The notes: generated by a model from the letters alone, not told the origin. 32,786 nucleotides of DNA from Bacteroidia bacterium (GCA_016787165.1 JAEUTT010000015.1:1-32786), one strand, 5' to 3'. Counted from the first letter of the stretch, positions 1-10,071 are shown. Numbers and translations: made by a program.

Positions 1-1
1 G

Positions 2-718
2 GTTTTAATTATTTCTACTCCTCACGATTTGCCTAATTTTGAACGATTGTTAGGTGATGGAAAAAGTTTAGGATGCAAGTTTACATACGCTGTACAAGAA
101 GTCCCTAATGGCTTAGCACAAGCATTTGTTATAGGCGAAAAGTTTATTGGAAAAGATAAAGTAGCATTGGTGCTTGGGGATAATATTTTTTATGGAGCAG
201 GACTAGGTCGTTTATTACAAAAACATCAAGATCCAGATGGAGGAGTAGTTTTTGCTTACCATGTTTCTGACCCAGAACGATATGGTGTTGTTGATTTTGA
301 TGAATCAGGAAAAGTAATTTCTATTGAAGAAAAACCTACTCAGCCGAAATCAAACTATGCAGTTCCAGGATTGTATTTTTATGATAATTCGGTGGTTCAA
401 ATTGCAAAAGAATTAAAGCCTAGTCCGAGAGGGGAGTATGAAATTACTGATGTAAACAAAGAATATTTGAAACAAGGAAAATTAAGTGTTGGAATTTTGG
501 ATAGAGGAACAGCATGGTTAGACACAGGAACATTTCCTTCGTTAATGCAAGCAGGGCAATTTGTTCAGGTGATTGAAGAACGCCAAGGCTTACGCATTGG
601 ATGTATTGAAGAGGTTGCGTATCGCATGGGCTACATCAATAAAGAGCAACTAAAAAAACTAGCAGAACCATTGCTAAAAAGTGGTTATGGGGATTATTTA
701 ATGAAGTTAGCTCAATAG
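2..718 (+). CDS. rfbA: Glucose-1-phosphate thymidylyltransferase (RfbA/RmlA), 5'-truncated by window edge
   Basis: Frame is open from nt 2 ([10 protein letters not shown]...). RmlA motifs [33 protein letters not shown] and WLDTGT are present. The TTG at 29 is not the real start. Confidence 0.95.
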   Translation, partial: VLIISTPHDLPNFERLLGDGKSLGCKFTYAVQEVPNGLAQAFVIGEKFIGKDKVALVLGDNIFYGAGLGRLLQKHQDPDGGVVFAYHVSDPERYGVVDFDESGKVISIEEKPTQPKSNYAVPGLYFYDNSVVQIAKELKPSPRGEYEITDVNKEYLKQGKLSVGILDRGTAWLDTGTFPSLMQAGQFVQVIEERQGLRIGCIEEVAYRMGYINKEQLKKLAEPLLKSGYGDYLMKLAQ

Positions 719-748
719 TAGTTTGTCAAATGTGTCAATAAAATAAAA

Positions 749-1687
749 ATGATGATAAAAATTTTAGTTACCGGTGGAGCCGGTTTTATTCCAAGTTGTA
801 TAGCCGAAAAATTGGCTGAAAAAGCAGAAAATAGTTTAGTATTAGTAGACAACTTTTTAACAGGCCATCCTAGCAAAATCCCATCCTCTAAGCACAATAA
901 CATTAAGTTTATTAAATGCGATGTAAATAATTTTCAAGATATATCAAGTGTTTTTTACGCGTATCAATTTGATTATGTGTTTCATTACGCAGCAATGGTA
1001 GGTGTAAAGCGTACACAAGAGAATCCTGTTAGTGTATTGGAAGATATTTCAGGAATTAAAAATGTATTGATGCTTTCAAAAAATACTGGAGTAAAACGTG
1101 TTTATTTTTCATCATCATCCGAAGTGTATGGAGAACCAGTAGAGTTTCCGCAAAATGAACACACTACGCCATTAAATTCTCGTTTGCCTTATGCTATTGT
1201 AAAAAATATTGGCGAAGCATATTTAAAATCCTTCAAACAAGAATATGATTTAGATTATACCATATTCCGTTTCTTTAATACTTTTGGACCTAAGCAAAGT
1301 AAAGACTTTGTCATCTCTAAATTTATTTCAGCAGCCTTGAAAAATGATGACATAACTATTTATGGCGATGGATCACAAACGCGTACATTCTGTTATATCG
1401 ATGATAATATTACCGCAACTACAAATGCGTTTTATCAAAATAAGTTTATAAATGATGTTGTGAATGTAGGAGGAGATACTGAAATGCCAATTTTGGAAGT
1501 AGCAAAGTTGATTATTAAACTAACAGGCTCACAATCAAAAATTATTCACTTGCCAGCATTAAAAGATGGTGATATGACACGCAGAAGACCAGACACTGCA
1601 AAGATGCGTCAATTGTTAAATTCAGAACCTTTAACATTAGAGCAAGGATTGAAAAAATTATTGAACAACACATCATATATTTTATAA
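749..1687 (+). CDS. Extended SDR NAD-dependent nucleotide-sugar epimerase/dehydratase (UXS-like)
   Basis: ILVTGGAGFIP Rossmann motif (third Gly replaced by Pro), VDNFLTG, SSSEVYG, catalytic YAIVK (YxxxK), RFFNTFGP, GDGSQTRTFCYIDD. Confidence 0.9.
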   Translation: MMIKILVTGGAGFIPSCIAEKLAEKAENSLVLVDNFLTGHPSKIPSSKHNNIKFIKCDVNNFQDISSVFYAYQFDYVFHYAAMVGVKRTQENPVSVLEDISGIKNVLMLSKNTGVKRVYFSSSSEVYGEPVEFPQNEHTTPLNSRLPYAIVKNIGEAYLKSFKQEYDLDYTIFRFFNTFGPKQSKDFVISKFISAALKNDDITIYGDGSQTRTFCYIDDNITATTNAFYQNKFINDVVNVGGDTEMPILEVAKLIIKLTGSQSKIIHLPALKDGDMTRRRPDTAKMRQLLNSEPLTLEQGLKKLLNNTSYIL

Positions 1688-1688
1688 G

Positions 1689-2669
1689 TTGATTCAGATA
1701 GCCTCATATCAAAAGCAAATAGAAGAAGCCATAAAACAAAGTAAATATGGCTCTAATCCCAAAGAGCTGTACGAACCTATAGAATATATTATGTCGCTTG
1801 GCGGTAAACGTATGCGACCGGTATTGGTTTTAATGGCTTGTGATTTTTTTGATGGTGATGTTGCAAAAGCAATTCATCCTGCATTGGCAATAGAAATATT
1901 TCACAACTTTACTTTGGTGCATGATGATATTATGGATAACGCTCCTTTACGTAGAAATCAGCCAACAGTACACGAAAAATGGAATAGTAATATTGCTATT
2001 TTAAGTGGTGATGCTATGATGGTGAAAGCCTATCAAGAAATTTGTAAAGTCGAGCAACAGCTTTTACCGGAAGTATTATCAGTATTTAATGATACAGCAT
2101 TAAAAGTGTGTGAAGGACAACAAATGGACATGAACTTTGAAACACTTTCAAAAGTTAGTATTCCAACCTATCTAAAAATGATTGAGTTAAAAACGGCAGT
2201 ATTGTTAGGAGGGGCTCTTAAAATAGGAGCATTGGTGGGTGGCGCACGTACAGAAGATGCCGAACAGCTTTATGTTTTCGGAAAACACATTGGTATCGCA
2301 TTTCAATTACAAGACGATATTTTAGATGTGTATGCCGATACCGAAAAATTTGGGAAACAAAAAGGTGGCGATATCATTGCAAACAAAAAAACATACTTAA
2401 TGTTAAAGGCCATGGAAATGGCAGAAAGTAATCGTTATATGAAAGAGGAGCTACAACAATGGATAGCTGCACCTCAATTTAATCCTGCCGAAAAAGTAGA
2501 TGCCGTTACAAATATTTATAACTTTTTAAATGTGAAAGAATTGGCTCGAAACGAAATGAAAAAGCAATACGATATTGCAATTAAAGCTTTAAAAACGATT
2601 CCAGTTTCTGACGATAAAAAAAATATGCTTACCTCATTTGCCGATAGTTTAATGGTAAGAGAGGTTTAG
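1689..2669 (+). CDS. Short-chain polyprenyl diphosphate synthase (FPP/GGPP synthase type)
   Basis: GGKRMRP, first Asp-rich motif DDIMD with Phe at position -5 (short-chain determinant), GQQMDM, KT, second motif QDDILD. TTG start lies 1 nt after the upstream stop. Confidence 0.92.
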   Translation: MIQIASYQKQIEEAIKQSKYGSNPKELYEPIEYIMSLGGKRMRPVLVLMACDFFDGDVAKAIHPALAIEIFHNFTLVHDDIMDNAPLRRNQPTVHEKWNSNIAILSGDAMMVKAYQEICKVEQQLLPEVLSVFNDTALKVCEGQQMDMNFETLSKVSIPTYLKMIELKTAVLLGGALKIGALVGGARTEDAEQLYVFGKHIGIAFQLQDDILDVYADTEKFGKQKGGDIIANKKTYLMLKAMEMAESNRYMKEELQQWIAAPQFNPAEKVDAVTNIYNFLNVKELARNEMKKQYDIAIKALKTIPVSDDKKNMLTSFADSLMVREV

Positions 2670-2688
2670 CTTTTGAAATACGGCTAAA

Positions 2689-3342
2689 ATGAAAAAATTT
2701 CTTTATGTTTTAGTTTTAATATGCTTTCTGTTTTCTTCTTGCGAAAAAGAAGACAAGTATAACCACGTAAAAGTAAGTGGCACTTTGGTTTTTTATTGTG
2801 ACCAACCCTTTAATCCTGTTGAGGTTTCAATGATTGATTTAAACAGTTGGAACGGAAATGAATATTCAACAGTTATTAAAACAACTACGGATGCAACATC
2901 GTATTATTATTTTTTACTGGGTGCCAACTTGGAAAAATCGGCTGTTCCATACTTATTTTTTCACACAAATGCATATCGTACAATAAATCAAACTCCAACA
3001 ATTAAAAATACAGATAGCAGAAACACCCAAAATATGGGTTCAATATTTATATATGGACATTGTGAGGTTTATTATAATTTTAGCGATATAAATGCTATTG
3101 GAGGGCTTGACTCGGTTGTGTATACAGCTGTGAATGGCTTGAAAAATTTTAGAAGTATAAATAGATCAATTGTATTTTCAAACAATTTTGCATATCAAGT
3201 ATCAGGATTTGGGCTTGTTTCAGATCGAGATAATTATGTCGAATTGAAATTATATAAAAATGGCAATTTGGTTAAAACTCACTTAGATACCATACATCCT
3301 ACTTATCCCGGGCAAGTGTATAGTGAATCAATAAGTTTTTAA
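2689..3342 (+). CDS. Hypothetical lipoprotein, probably surface exposed
   Basis: MKK plus hydrophobic stretch plus lipobox FSSC. CEKED follows and resembles the Bacteroidota lipoprotein export signal C-x-K-(D/E)2. Confidence 0.75.
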   Translation: MKKFLYVLVLICFLFSSCEKEDKYNHVKVSGTLVFYCDQPFNPVEVSMIDLNSWNGNEYSTVIKTTTDATSYYYFLLGANLEKSAVPYLFFHTNAYRTINQTPTIKNTDSRNTQNMGSIFIYGHCEVYYNFSDINAIGGLDSVVYTAVNGLKNFRSINRSIVFSNNFAYQVSGFGLVSDRDNYVELKLYKNGNLVKTHLDTIHPTYPGQVYSESISF

Positions 3343-3363
3343 TCAAATTGCCATTAGGAAAAA

Positions 3364-4746
3364 TTATTTCTGAATACTTATTTTTTTAACCTGTTTTGCT
3401 TCATTTATTTCTACTACAATAGAATACATTCCGCTTGTAAGATGATTGGTATTGTACCTTAAAATATGAGCCCCTTTTGTTTGTTCGCCATTCGAAATAT
3501 TTTCGACCAGTTTCCCGGTTATATCATAAATAGAGATGTTTATTTTCGACTGTTTATCAAGCGTAAAACAGATGTTTGTAAATTCATTCGCAGGATTTGG
3601 ATACACTAATAAATTCATAGTGTTATCTATATATTTTATTGATGTAGCCAATGATGGACCAAACGCTAAATCATCCACCAATAGTGTAGACTCTCCGTGC
3701 GGATCGGATCCTCCTACAAACGGTAAAATAGCAATTGTTGCACTATCAGGAGTTCCACTAAACATTCCATCATAATAGATAGGAGTATTAAAAACTCTAT
3801 AGTTTGGTGCTGCAGTATCATTTTGATAAAATCCCCAACCTACTTGAACACCACTTGAAAACATCACCACACCAATAGTTAATGTATCATTATTTTGAGG
3901 GTTGAATTTATAATAACCGCTAAAAATAGTATCTCTAAAATTAACTGAAAAGCCGGGTAGTAAGTCTGATTGACCTTGTGGGCCTGCTAATAAATAACCT
4001 GGCTGTAAACCCATTGGAGTATTTACATTTTCAATTTTTGCAGCATAAAGTCCAGAATAACTATCTGTACTTTTGTTTACTGGTAAAGCGGGTGCTCCTG
4101 TAAAGTAAATATTTGAGCTGGTCCATGATACAGGCTCTTCATTTGTAAAAACACCCCAATTTTCTAAGTTGCCATTTGGAACAGGAGCCGTTGTTCCTCC
4201 CACAAAATGAATATCATCAACTATAACGTAACCTCCTGTAAATCCGGCATCCGGGTTAGTAGAGGTGAATCCTATAATTAAACTATCAGGTGTTAGTCCT
4301 GAACTGTAGTTGACTTTAAATGCTTTTCTCTCAAATACAGAAGTATTGTTGCCATAAATATGATACAAATCTTGACTGATAAAATTACCTCCGTTTTTAA
4401 ACATCATTAATACCCAAGCTGAATCTCCTAAAGGAATATCATATTTGAAAAATGCAACCAATGAATCGGGTTTAGCATTAAAAGGAATTCCTCCTATAAA
4501 ATTCCCCTCATCTGCATTTCCATAAAGAATAGCACCTGGTTCATTTGTATTTGCAGGGTTTCTTTCAATTTTTACTGCATGCGTTCCATTATGAGGTGCT
4601 GCCTGAGTAACAGAACCGTAAATTCTCCAGCCTAAAGGAAGTGTTTGGTTTGTTGTGTTCCAGTTTTCAAAACCCGAATTTGGTATTTGAGAAAAGGCTG
4701 TAAGGCCAATAAAAAGGCTTAAAATAGAGTAAATGTATTTTTTCAT
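3364..4746 (-). CDS. T9SS type A sorting-domain protein with two tandem carbohydrate-binding-like (PCMD/CBM4-like) domains
   Basis: Signal peptide AFS|Q. Two repeats start IPNSGFENW and VPNGNLENW and end VDDIHF and VDDLAF. C-terminal VYPNPA...IYDITGKLV...SGMYSI...KKISIQK is a typical T9SS sorting domain. Confidence 0.88.
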   Translation of the reverse strand: MKKYIYSILSLFIGLTAFSQIPNSGFENWNTTNQTLPLGWRIYGSVTQAAPHNGTHAVKIERNPANTNEPGAILYGNADEGNFIGGIPFNAKPDSLVAFFKYDIPLGDSAWVLMMFKNGGNFISQDLYHIYGNNTSVFERKAFKVNYSSGLTPDSLIIGFTSTNPDAGFTGGYVIVDDIHFVGGTTAPVPNGNLENWGVFTNEEPVSWTSSNIYFTGAPALPVNKSTDSYSGLYAAKIENVNTPMGLQPGYLLAGPQGQSDLLPGFSVNFRDTIFSGYYKFNPQNNDTLTIGVVMFSSGVQVGWGFYQNDTAAPNYRVFNTPIYYDGMFSGTPDSATIAILPFVGGSDPHGESTLLVDDLAFGPSLATSIKYIDNTMNLLVYPNPANEFTNICFTLDKQSKINISIYDITGKLVENISNGEQTKGAHILRYNTNHLTSGMYSIVVEINEAKQVKKISIQK

Positions 4747-4803
4747 GTTTTAAAATTTAAGTGTTAATAATGAGCAATTTAATACTTTTTTGCAAAGAAC
4801 AAA

Positions 4804-4817
4804 ATGACGCTCGTCAT
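4804..4817. promoter_or_regulatory. Palindromic operator candidate ATGACG-CT-CGTCAT (Crp/Fnr-like TGA-N6-TCA spacing)
   Basis: Perfect 6-bp arms in the divergent intergenic region, 22 nt upstream of a minus-strand -7-like box TAAATTGC (4774-4781). Confidence 0.45.
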
Positions 4818-4830
4818 ATTAAATTCTTGC

Positions 4831-4861
4831 TTGTCGAAACAGCCTTATTTCGTTATATTTG
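4831..4861 (+). promoter_or_regulatory. Bacteroidota housekeeping promoter for icmF
   Basis: TTG at 4831-4833, a 20-nt spacer, then TATATTTG at 4854-4861 (exact TAnnTTTG). Confidence 0.7.
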
Positions 4862-4863
4862 TA

Positions 4864-4883
4864 CCTGCCTGCCGTTAGGTAGG
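4864..4883. repeat. 20-bp GC-rich palindromic repeat, copy 1 (CCTGCCTGCCGTTAGGTAGG)
   Basis: 17/20 identical to the copy at 10797-10816. Confidence 0.75.
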
Positions 4884-4913
4884 GCTTAAGTAAATTATAC
4901 TCAATTATAAACG

Positions 4914-7900
4914 ATGAACACATTTGTTACCGAACCTTACAAGGCAAAAAATAAAATAAGAATTGTTACTGCTGCATCACTTTTTGATGGACATGATGCT
5001 GCAATAAACATTATGCGCAGAATCATTCAAGCAAGTGGTGTTGAAGTAATCCATTTAGGACATGATAGAAGTGTGCAAGAAATTGTTAATTGTGCAATCC
5101 AAGAAGATGCGAATGCAATTGCACTTACATCCTACCAAGGTGGACACATGGAATTTTTTAAATACATGTACGACCTGTTAAAAGAAAATGGTTGCGGACA
5201 TATCAAAATTTTTGGTGGTGGTGGCGGAACTATACTTCCAACTGAGATAGAAGAATTACATGCTTATGGTATTACACGCATTTATGCTCCTGATGATGGG
5301 CGAGCAATGGGATTGCAAGGTATGATTAACGATATGCTTGAAAAATGTGACTTCCCAACAGGTACGAACTTAAATGGAGAAGTAAAACATTTAAAAGAAA
5401 AAGATGTAAAATCAATTGCTAAATTAATTTCTGCTGCTGAAAATTTTCCAGCAGAATTTGCACAATTTAGTACCGAAATAGCGAATATCGCAAAAACAAA
5501 AGTTACTCCCGTACTTGGTATTACTGGAACGGGTGGTGCTGGAAAATCATCATTGGTGGATGAGTTGGTGCGTAGATTTTTGATTGATTTCAAAGAAAAA
5601 ACAATTGCTATCATTTCTGTTGATCCATCAAAACGCAAAACAGGTGGAGCTCTATTAGGCGATAGAATTCGTATGAATGCTATTAAAAATGAACGCGTGT
5701 ACATGCGCTCGTTAGCTACCCGCCAAAGTAATTTAGCCTTATCAAAATATGTAAAAGAAGCTGTTGAAATTGTAAAAGCTGCAAACTATGATTTAATCAT
5801 TTTAGAAACTTCCGGTATCGGACAAAGTGATACTGAAATCACAGAACATAGCGATATGAGTTTGTATGTGATGACACCGGAGTATGGCGCAGCAACCCAA
5901 TTGGAAAAAATTGACATGCTTGATTTTGCCGACATCATTGCATTAAATAAATTTGACAAACGAGGCGCATTGGATGCACTTCGTGATGTAAAAAAACAGT
6001 ACAAACGAAACCATCAGTTGTGGGATGTAGATGATGATGTAGTTCCTGTTTATGGAACCATTGCTTCACAGTTTAATGACCCCGGCATGAATAAATTGTA
6101 CAAAGCAATTGTAAACATGCTGGCAGAAAAAACCGGTGCTGATTTAAAATCTAATTTCAGCGTAACGGATGAAATGAGCGAAAAGATTTACATCATTCCT
6201 CCTCATCGTACACGCTATTTAGCAGAGATTGCGGAAAACAACCGCGGGTATGATAAATGGGTGGACGAACAAAAAGAATTAGCACAGAAATTATATTCTA
6301 TCCGTAAATCTATTGAAGCATTAAAAGAATCAAAGGTTGAAGATAAAGATAGAATCATTAAAGGACTGGAAGAAACGTATGCACAAATTGGATTATCATT
6401 TGACGGACATAATAAACAGATTATTGAAGGTTGGGCTGATAAAGTTCAGCAATACAAAAATGAATTTTTTATTTTCAAAGTGCGCGATAAAGAAATTAAA
6501 ATTCAAACGCATTACGAATCATTAGCACATACACAAATTCCAAAGGTATCAACACCACGTTATGAAGCATGGGGCGATATTTTAAAATGGAACTTACAAG
6601 AGAACGTACCGGGGGAATTCCCTTACACAGCAGGTGTGTTTCCATTTAAGCGCGAAGGAGAAGATCCAACACGTATGTTTGCAGGTGAAGGTGGACCGGA
6701 GCGTACCAATAGACGTTTTCACTATGTGAGTTTAGGAATGCCTGCACACCGCTTGAGTACAGCATTTGACAGTGTTACCTTATATGGACAAGATCCAAAC
6801 ATTCGTCCGGATATTTATGGAAAGATCGGCAACTCAGGAGTTTCCATCTGTTGTTTAGATGATGCTAAAAAATTATATAGCGGATTTAATTTAGCTGATC
6901 CGAAAACCTCGGTATCCATGACCATTAACGGTCCGGCAGCTATCTTAACCGGATTCTTTATGAATGCGGCTATCGATCAACAATGCGAAATTTATATTAA
7001 AGCAAATGGTTTAGAAAAAGAAGTCGAATCTAAAATTCAACAAATCTACAAATCAAAAAATGTAAATCGTCCGAAATACCAAGGACCACTGCCCGAAGGA
7101 AACGATGGTTTAGGTTTAATGTTATTGGGCGTTACGGGCGATCAAGTATTACCGAAAGATGTATATGAAAAAATTAAAACAGAAACTATTGCTGCTGTTC
7201 GTGGTACTGTTCAAGCCGATATTTTAAAAGAAGATCAGGCACAAAATACATGTATTTTCTCTACTGAATTTGCATTGCGTTTGATGGGTGATATGCAGGA
7301 TTACTTTATCCAAAAGAATATTCGCAATTTTTATTCTGTTTCTATTTCAGGCTATCACATTGCCGAAGCAGGAGCGAATCCTATCACACAATTAGCATTA
7401 ACATTATCAAACGGATTTACATACGTTGAATATTATGTAAGTCGCGGAATGGACATCAATAAATTTGCTCCAAACTTATCTTTCTTCTTTAGCAATGGTA
7501 TCGACCCCGAATATTCAGTGATCGGACGTGTAGCACGAAGAATTTGGGCAAAAGCAATGAAATTAAAATACAATGCGAATGAGCGTTCACAAATGTTGAA
7601 GTATCACATTCAAACATCCGGCCGTTCATTACACGCACAAGAAATTGATTTTAATGATATTCGTACAACGCTACAAGCATTGTATGCTATTTATGATAAT
7701 TGCAATTCATTACACACCAATGCGTATGATGAAGCAATTACAACTCCAACTGAAGAATCGGTTCGTAGAGCAATGGCCATTCAGTTAATCATTAACCGTG
7801 AGTTAGGGTTAGCAAAAAATGAAAATCCATTGCAAGGTTCGTTCATCATTGAAGAATTAACCGATTTAGTGGAAGAAGCTGTATTGTTAGAATTTGAGCG

Positions 7901-8300
7901 TATAACAGAACGTGGCGGTGTATTGGGTGCAATGGAAACCATGTATCAACGTGGAAAAATTCAAGAAGAAAGTTTGTATTATGAAACACTAAAACATACA
8001 GGTGAATATCCAATCATTGGCGTAAATACCTTCTTATCATCAAAAGGCTCTCCAACGGTATTGCCAAAAGAAGTTATTCGTGCAACAGATGAAGAAAAGA
8101 ATTATCAGATAAGCATGTTATCTGAACTTCAACAAGGGAATGCTGATAAATCAACAGCATTATTGAGAGAGTTGCAAACATTGGCTATTCAAAACAAAAA
8201 TATTTTTGAAGGTATCATGGAAACCTCTAAATATTGTTCATTGGGACAAATTACCAATGCATTGTTTGAAGTGGGTGGACAGTATAGAAGAAATATGTAA
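4914..8300 (+). CDS. icmF: Fused isobutyryl-CoA mutase / MeaB-type GTPase chaperone (IcmF), AdoCbl-dependent
   Basis: N-terminal cobalamin-binding domain (FDGHDAA), P-loop [13 protein letters not shown] and NKFD. C-terminal mutase barrel has TRMFAGEG and [13 protein letters not shown]. 1128 aa. Confidence 0.93.
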   Translation: MNTFVTEPYKAKNKIRIVTAASLFDGHDAAINIMRRIIQASGVEVIHLGHDRSVQEIVNCAIQEDANAIALTSYQGGHMEFFKYMYDLLKENGCGHIKIFGGGGGTILPTEIEELHAYGITRIYAPDDGRAMGLQGMINDMLEKCDFPTGTNLNGEVKHLKEKDVKSIAKLISAAENFPAEFAQFSTEIANIAKTKVTPVLGITGTGGAGKSSLVDELVRRFLIDFKEKTIAIISVDPSKRKTGGALLGDRIRMNAIKNERVYMRSLATRQSNLALSKYVKEAVEIVKAANYDLIILETSGIGQSDTEITEHSDMSLYVMTPEYGAATQLEKIDMLDFADIIALNKFDKRGALDALRDVKKQYKRNHQLWDVDDDVVPVYGTIASQFNDPGMNKLYKAIVNMLAEKTGADLKSNFSVTDEMSEKIYIIPPHRTRYLAEIAENNRGYDKWVDEQKELAQKLYSIRKSIEALKESKVEDKDRIIKGLEETYAQIGLSFDGHNKQIIEGWADKVQQYKNEFFIFKVRDKEIKIQTHYESLAHTQIPKVSTPRYEAWGDILKWNLQENVPGEFPYTAGVFPFKREGEDPTRMFAGEGGPERTNRRFHYVSLGMPAHRLSTAFDSVTLYGQDPNIRPDIYGKIGNSGVSICCLDDAKKLYSGFNLADPKTSVSMTINGPAAILTGFFMNAAIDQQCEIYIKANGLEKEVESKIQQIYKSKNVNRPKYQGPLPEGNDGLGLMLLGVTGDQVLPKDVYEKIKTETIAAVRGTVQADILKEDQAQNTCIFSTEFALRLMGDMQDYFIQKNIRNFYSVSISGYHIAEAGANPITQLALTLSNGFTYVEYYVSRGMDINKFAPNLSFFFSNGIDPEYSVIGRVARRIWAKAMKLKYNANERSQMLKYHIQTSGRSLHAQEIDFNDIRTTLQALYAIYDNCNSLHTNAYDEAITTPTEESVRRAMAIQLIINRELGLAKNENPLQGSFIIEELTDLVEEAVLLEFERITERGGVLGAMETMYQRGKIQEESLYYETLKHTGEYPIIGVNTFLSSKGSPTVLPKEVIRATDEEKNYQISMLSELQQGNADKSTALLRELQTLAIQNKNIFEGIMETSKYCSLGQITNALFEVGGQYRRNM

Positions 8301-8302
8301 TC

Positions 8303-8728
8303 ATGACAATTAGCTCAATATTTACCATATTGGGATGGGGATTTTTAGTGATATTTTTCATGGTTGTTTTGTTCTTTATTTTAATGGCTGAAAAAGTTAT
8401 AAAACGAACAGAAACTACAATTAAAATAGAAAGGTTCCTAGAAACCATGATAGGAAGTTCCTTCAATATAATATTACATGGATTAGGAAGATTAGTATCG
8501 AAACAAATTGAAAATAGTAGATTAAAATTTATTTGTAAATATTGTGGCTATGCAGATGATGTACAAAGAGAATTTCGCATAAACTGTTCTAAAGATGCCT
8601 CAGGAATTAGTTATGAAGATAAATTCCCATTTAAATGTAGACATTGTCACAAAAGATTCGACAAAGCTTTTAAATATTGTCCTAGCTGCAAAAAAAGTAA
8701 CAGTGGGTTAGTCAATGATTATTTTTAG
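8303..8728 (+). CDS. Hypothetical membrane-anchored Cys-rich (zinc-ribbon-like) protein
   Basis: N-terminal hydrophobic helix, then CKYC, CRHCH and CPSC. Starts 2 nt after the icmF stop. Confidence 0.65.
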   Translation: MTISSIFTILGWGFLVIFFMVVLFFILMAEKVIKRTETTIKIERFLETMIGSSFNIILHGLGRLVSKQIENSRLKFICKYCGYADDVQREFRINCSKDASGISYEDKFPFKCRHCHKRFDKAFKYCPSCKKSNSGLVNDYF

Positions 8729-8819
8729 TTATTCTCAAGGATTAAAATTATTTCCGAACAATTAAAAAATAAATGCTAAAAATAAATGCCTGCTTCAAAG
8801 CAGTAAAAAAATAAAAACC

Positions 8820-9608
8820 ATGAAATCAAATCACGAAATCGATTACAAAATTTTAGGAGAAGAGTTACAAGCAGTAGAAATTGAACTTGATCCGAATGAA
8901 ACCGTAATTGCCGAAGCAGGCAATTTTATGATGATGGACGATGGTATCCGTATGGATACTATTTTTGGTGATGGCAGCAAGCAGCAAAATGGGTTTATGG
9001 ATAAATTATTTTCGGCTGGCAAACGTATGCTTGTTGGCGAGAGTTTGTTTATGACAGCATTTACCAATACAGGTAATTTTAAAAAACGCATCACGTTTGC
9101 TTCGCCTTATCCCGGAAAAATTATTCCAATGGATTTAAGCCAGTTAAACGGAAGAATCATTTGTCAGAAAGATGCTTTCCTTTGTGCTGCAAAAGGTGTA
9201 AGTATTGGTATTGAATTTCAGAAAAAATTAGGAACTGGACTATTTGGCGGTGAAGGATTTATCATGGAAAAACTGGAAGGTGATGGAATGGCATTTGTTC
9301 ATTCTGGTGGGATGATTATTGAAAAAGATTTATTGCCTGGAGAATTAATAAAAGTAGATACCGGTTGTATTGTAGCTTTTACTCATAATGTAGATTATGA
9401 CATCCAATTTATAGGCGGAATTAGAAACACTATTTTTGGTGGTGAAGGTTTGTTTTTTGCTACTTTAAAAGGTCCTGGAAAGGTGTGGATACAATCATTA
9501 CCTGTGAGTAGATTAGCAGGAAGATTAATGGCGTATTCAAAAGGTGGAAAAGAGGAAGGAAGTATTTTAGGAGGTTTAGGTCGATTAATTGATGGAGATA
9601 ATAATTAA
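8820..9608 (+). CDS. TIGR00266 / AIM24 family protein
   Basis: VIAEAG, GESLFMTAF, FASPYPGKI, CQKDAFL, GLFGGEGF, VDTGCIVAF, GPGKVWIQSLP. Confidence 0.92.
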   Translation: MKSNHEIDYKILGEELQAVEIELDPNETVIAEAGNFMMMDDGIRMDTIFGDGSKQQNGFMDKLFSAGKRMLVGESLFMTAFTNTGNFKKRITFASPYPGKIIPMDLSQLNGRIICQKDAFLCAAKGVSIGIEFQKKLGTGLFGGEGFIMEKLEGDGMAFVHSGGMIIEKDLLPGELIKVDTGCIVAFTHNVDYDIQFIGGIRNTIFGGEGLFFATLKGPGKVWIQSLPVSRLAGRLMAYSKGGKEEGSILGGLGRLIDGDNN

Positions 9609-9662
9609 TTTATTATCTTGGTATTAAATTTTTAAATTGTATAAACTTTAATTATAAAAATC

Positions 9663-10016
9663 ATGAAAAAAATAATTTTAATGTTCATTCTGTTTTTTGC
9701 AAGCTATGTAACTGTAAATGCACAAACAGCTGATGCAGAAACAAGAGCAACAAATCAAACTAAATTAATGACAGATAATTTGTCTTTAACAAATGAGCAA
9801 AAAGCGAAAGTTTTTTTAATCAATCTTGAAAAAAACAAACAGGTTGATGCTGCAAAAGCAAAACATGCAAATCATAAAGAATTTAAAGTAGAGCGGGAGA
9901 AAATTAATGAACTTAGATACAAAGAGCTTGAAGCTGTCTTAACAGCCGAACAAAACACTAAATGGGCTCAATTAAAAGAAAAAGCGAAACAAATGAATAA
10001 CGAAGATTCTAAATAA
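9663..10016 (+). CDS. Secreted helical protein with two LTxxQ motifs (Spy/CpxP- or DUF4890-like)
   Basis: Signal peptide VNA|Q, with LSLTNEQ and VLTAEQ motifs. Confidence 0.7.
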   Translation: MKKIILMFILFFASYVTVNAQTADAETRATNQTKLMTDNLSLTNEQKAKVFLINLEKNKQVDAAKAKHANHKEFKVEREKINELRYKELEAVLTAEQNTKWAQLKEKAKQMNNEDSK

Positions 10017-10036
10017 TTAGAATTAAATTTCATAAT

Positions 10037-10071
10037 AGCGTTTAGGTGTTTCCATCTAAACGCTTTTTTTT
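10037..10071 (+). terminator. Intrinsic terminator
   Basis: 12-bp stem AGCGTTTAGGTG / CATCTAAACGCT (one G-U), 4-nt loop, T-run to 10071. Confidence 0.8.

Noticed and set aside
4747-4913. Cobalamin riboswitch upstream of B12-dependent icmF
   Set aside because: The predicted leader is only about 50 nt and no B12-box-like sequence is visible.
8765-8803. 12-bp direct repeat AAAAATAAATGC twice, plus a short CTGCTT/AAGCAG hairpin before the AIM24 gene
   Set aside because: Low-complexity A-rich sequence with only two units. Not an array, and not a match to the 20-bp palindrome family.
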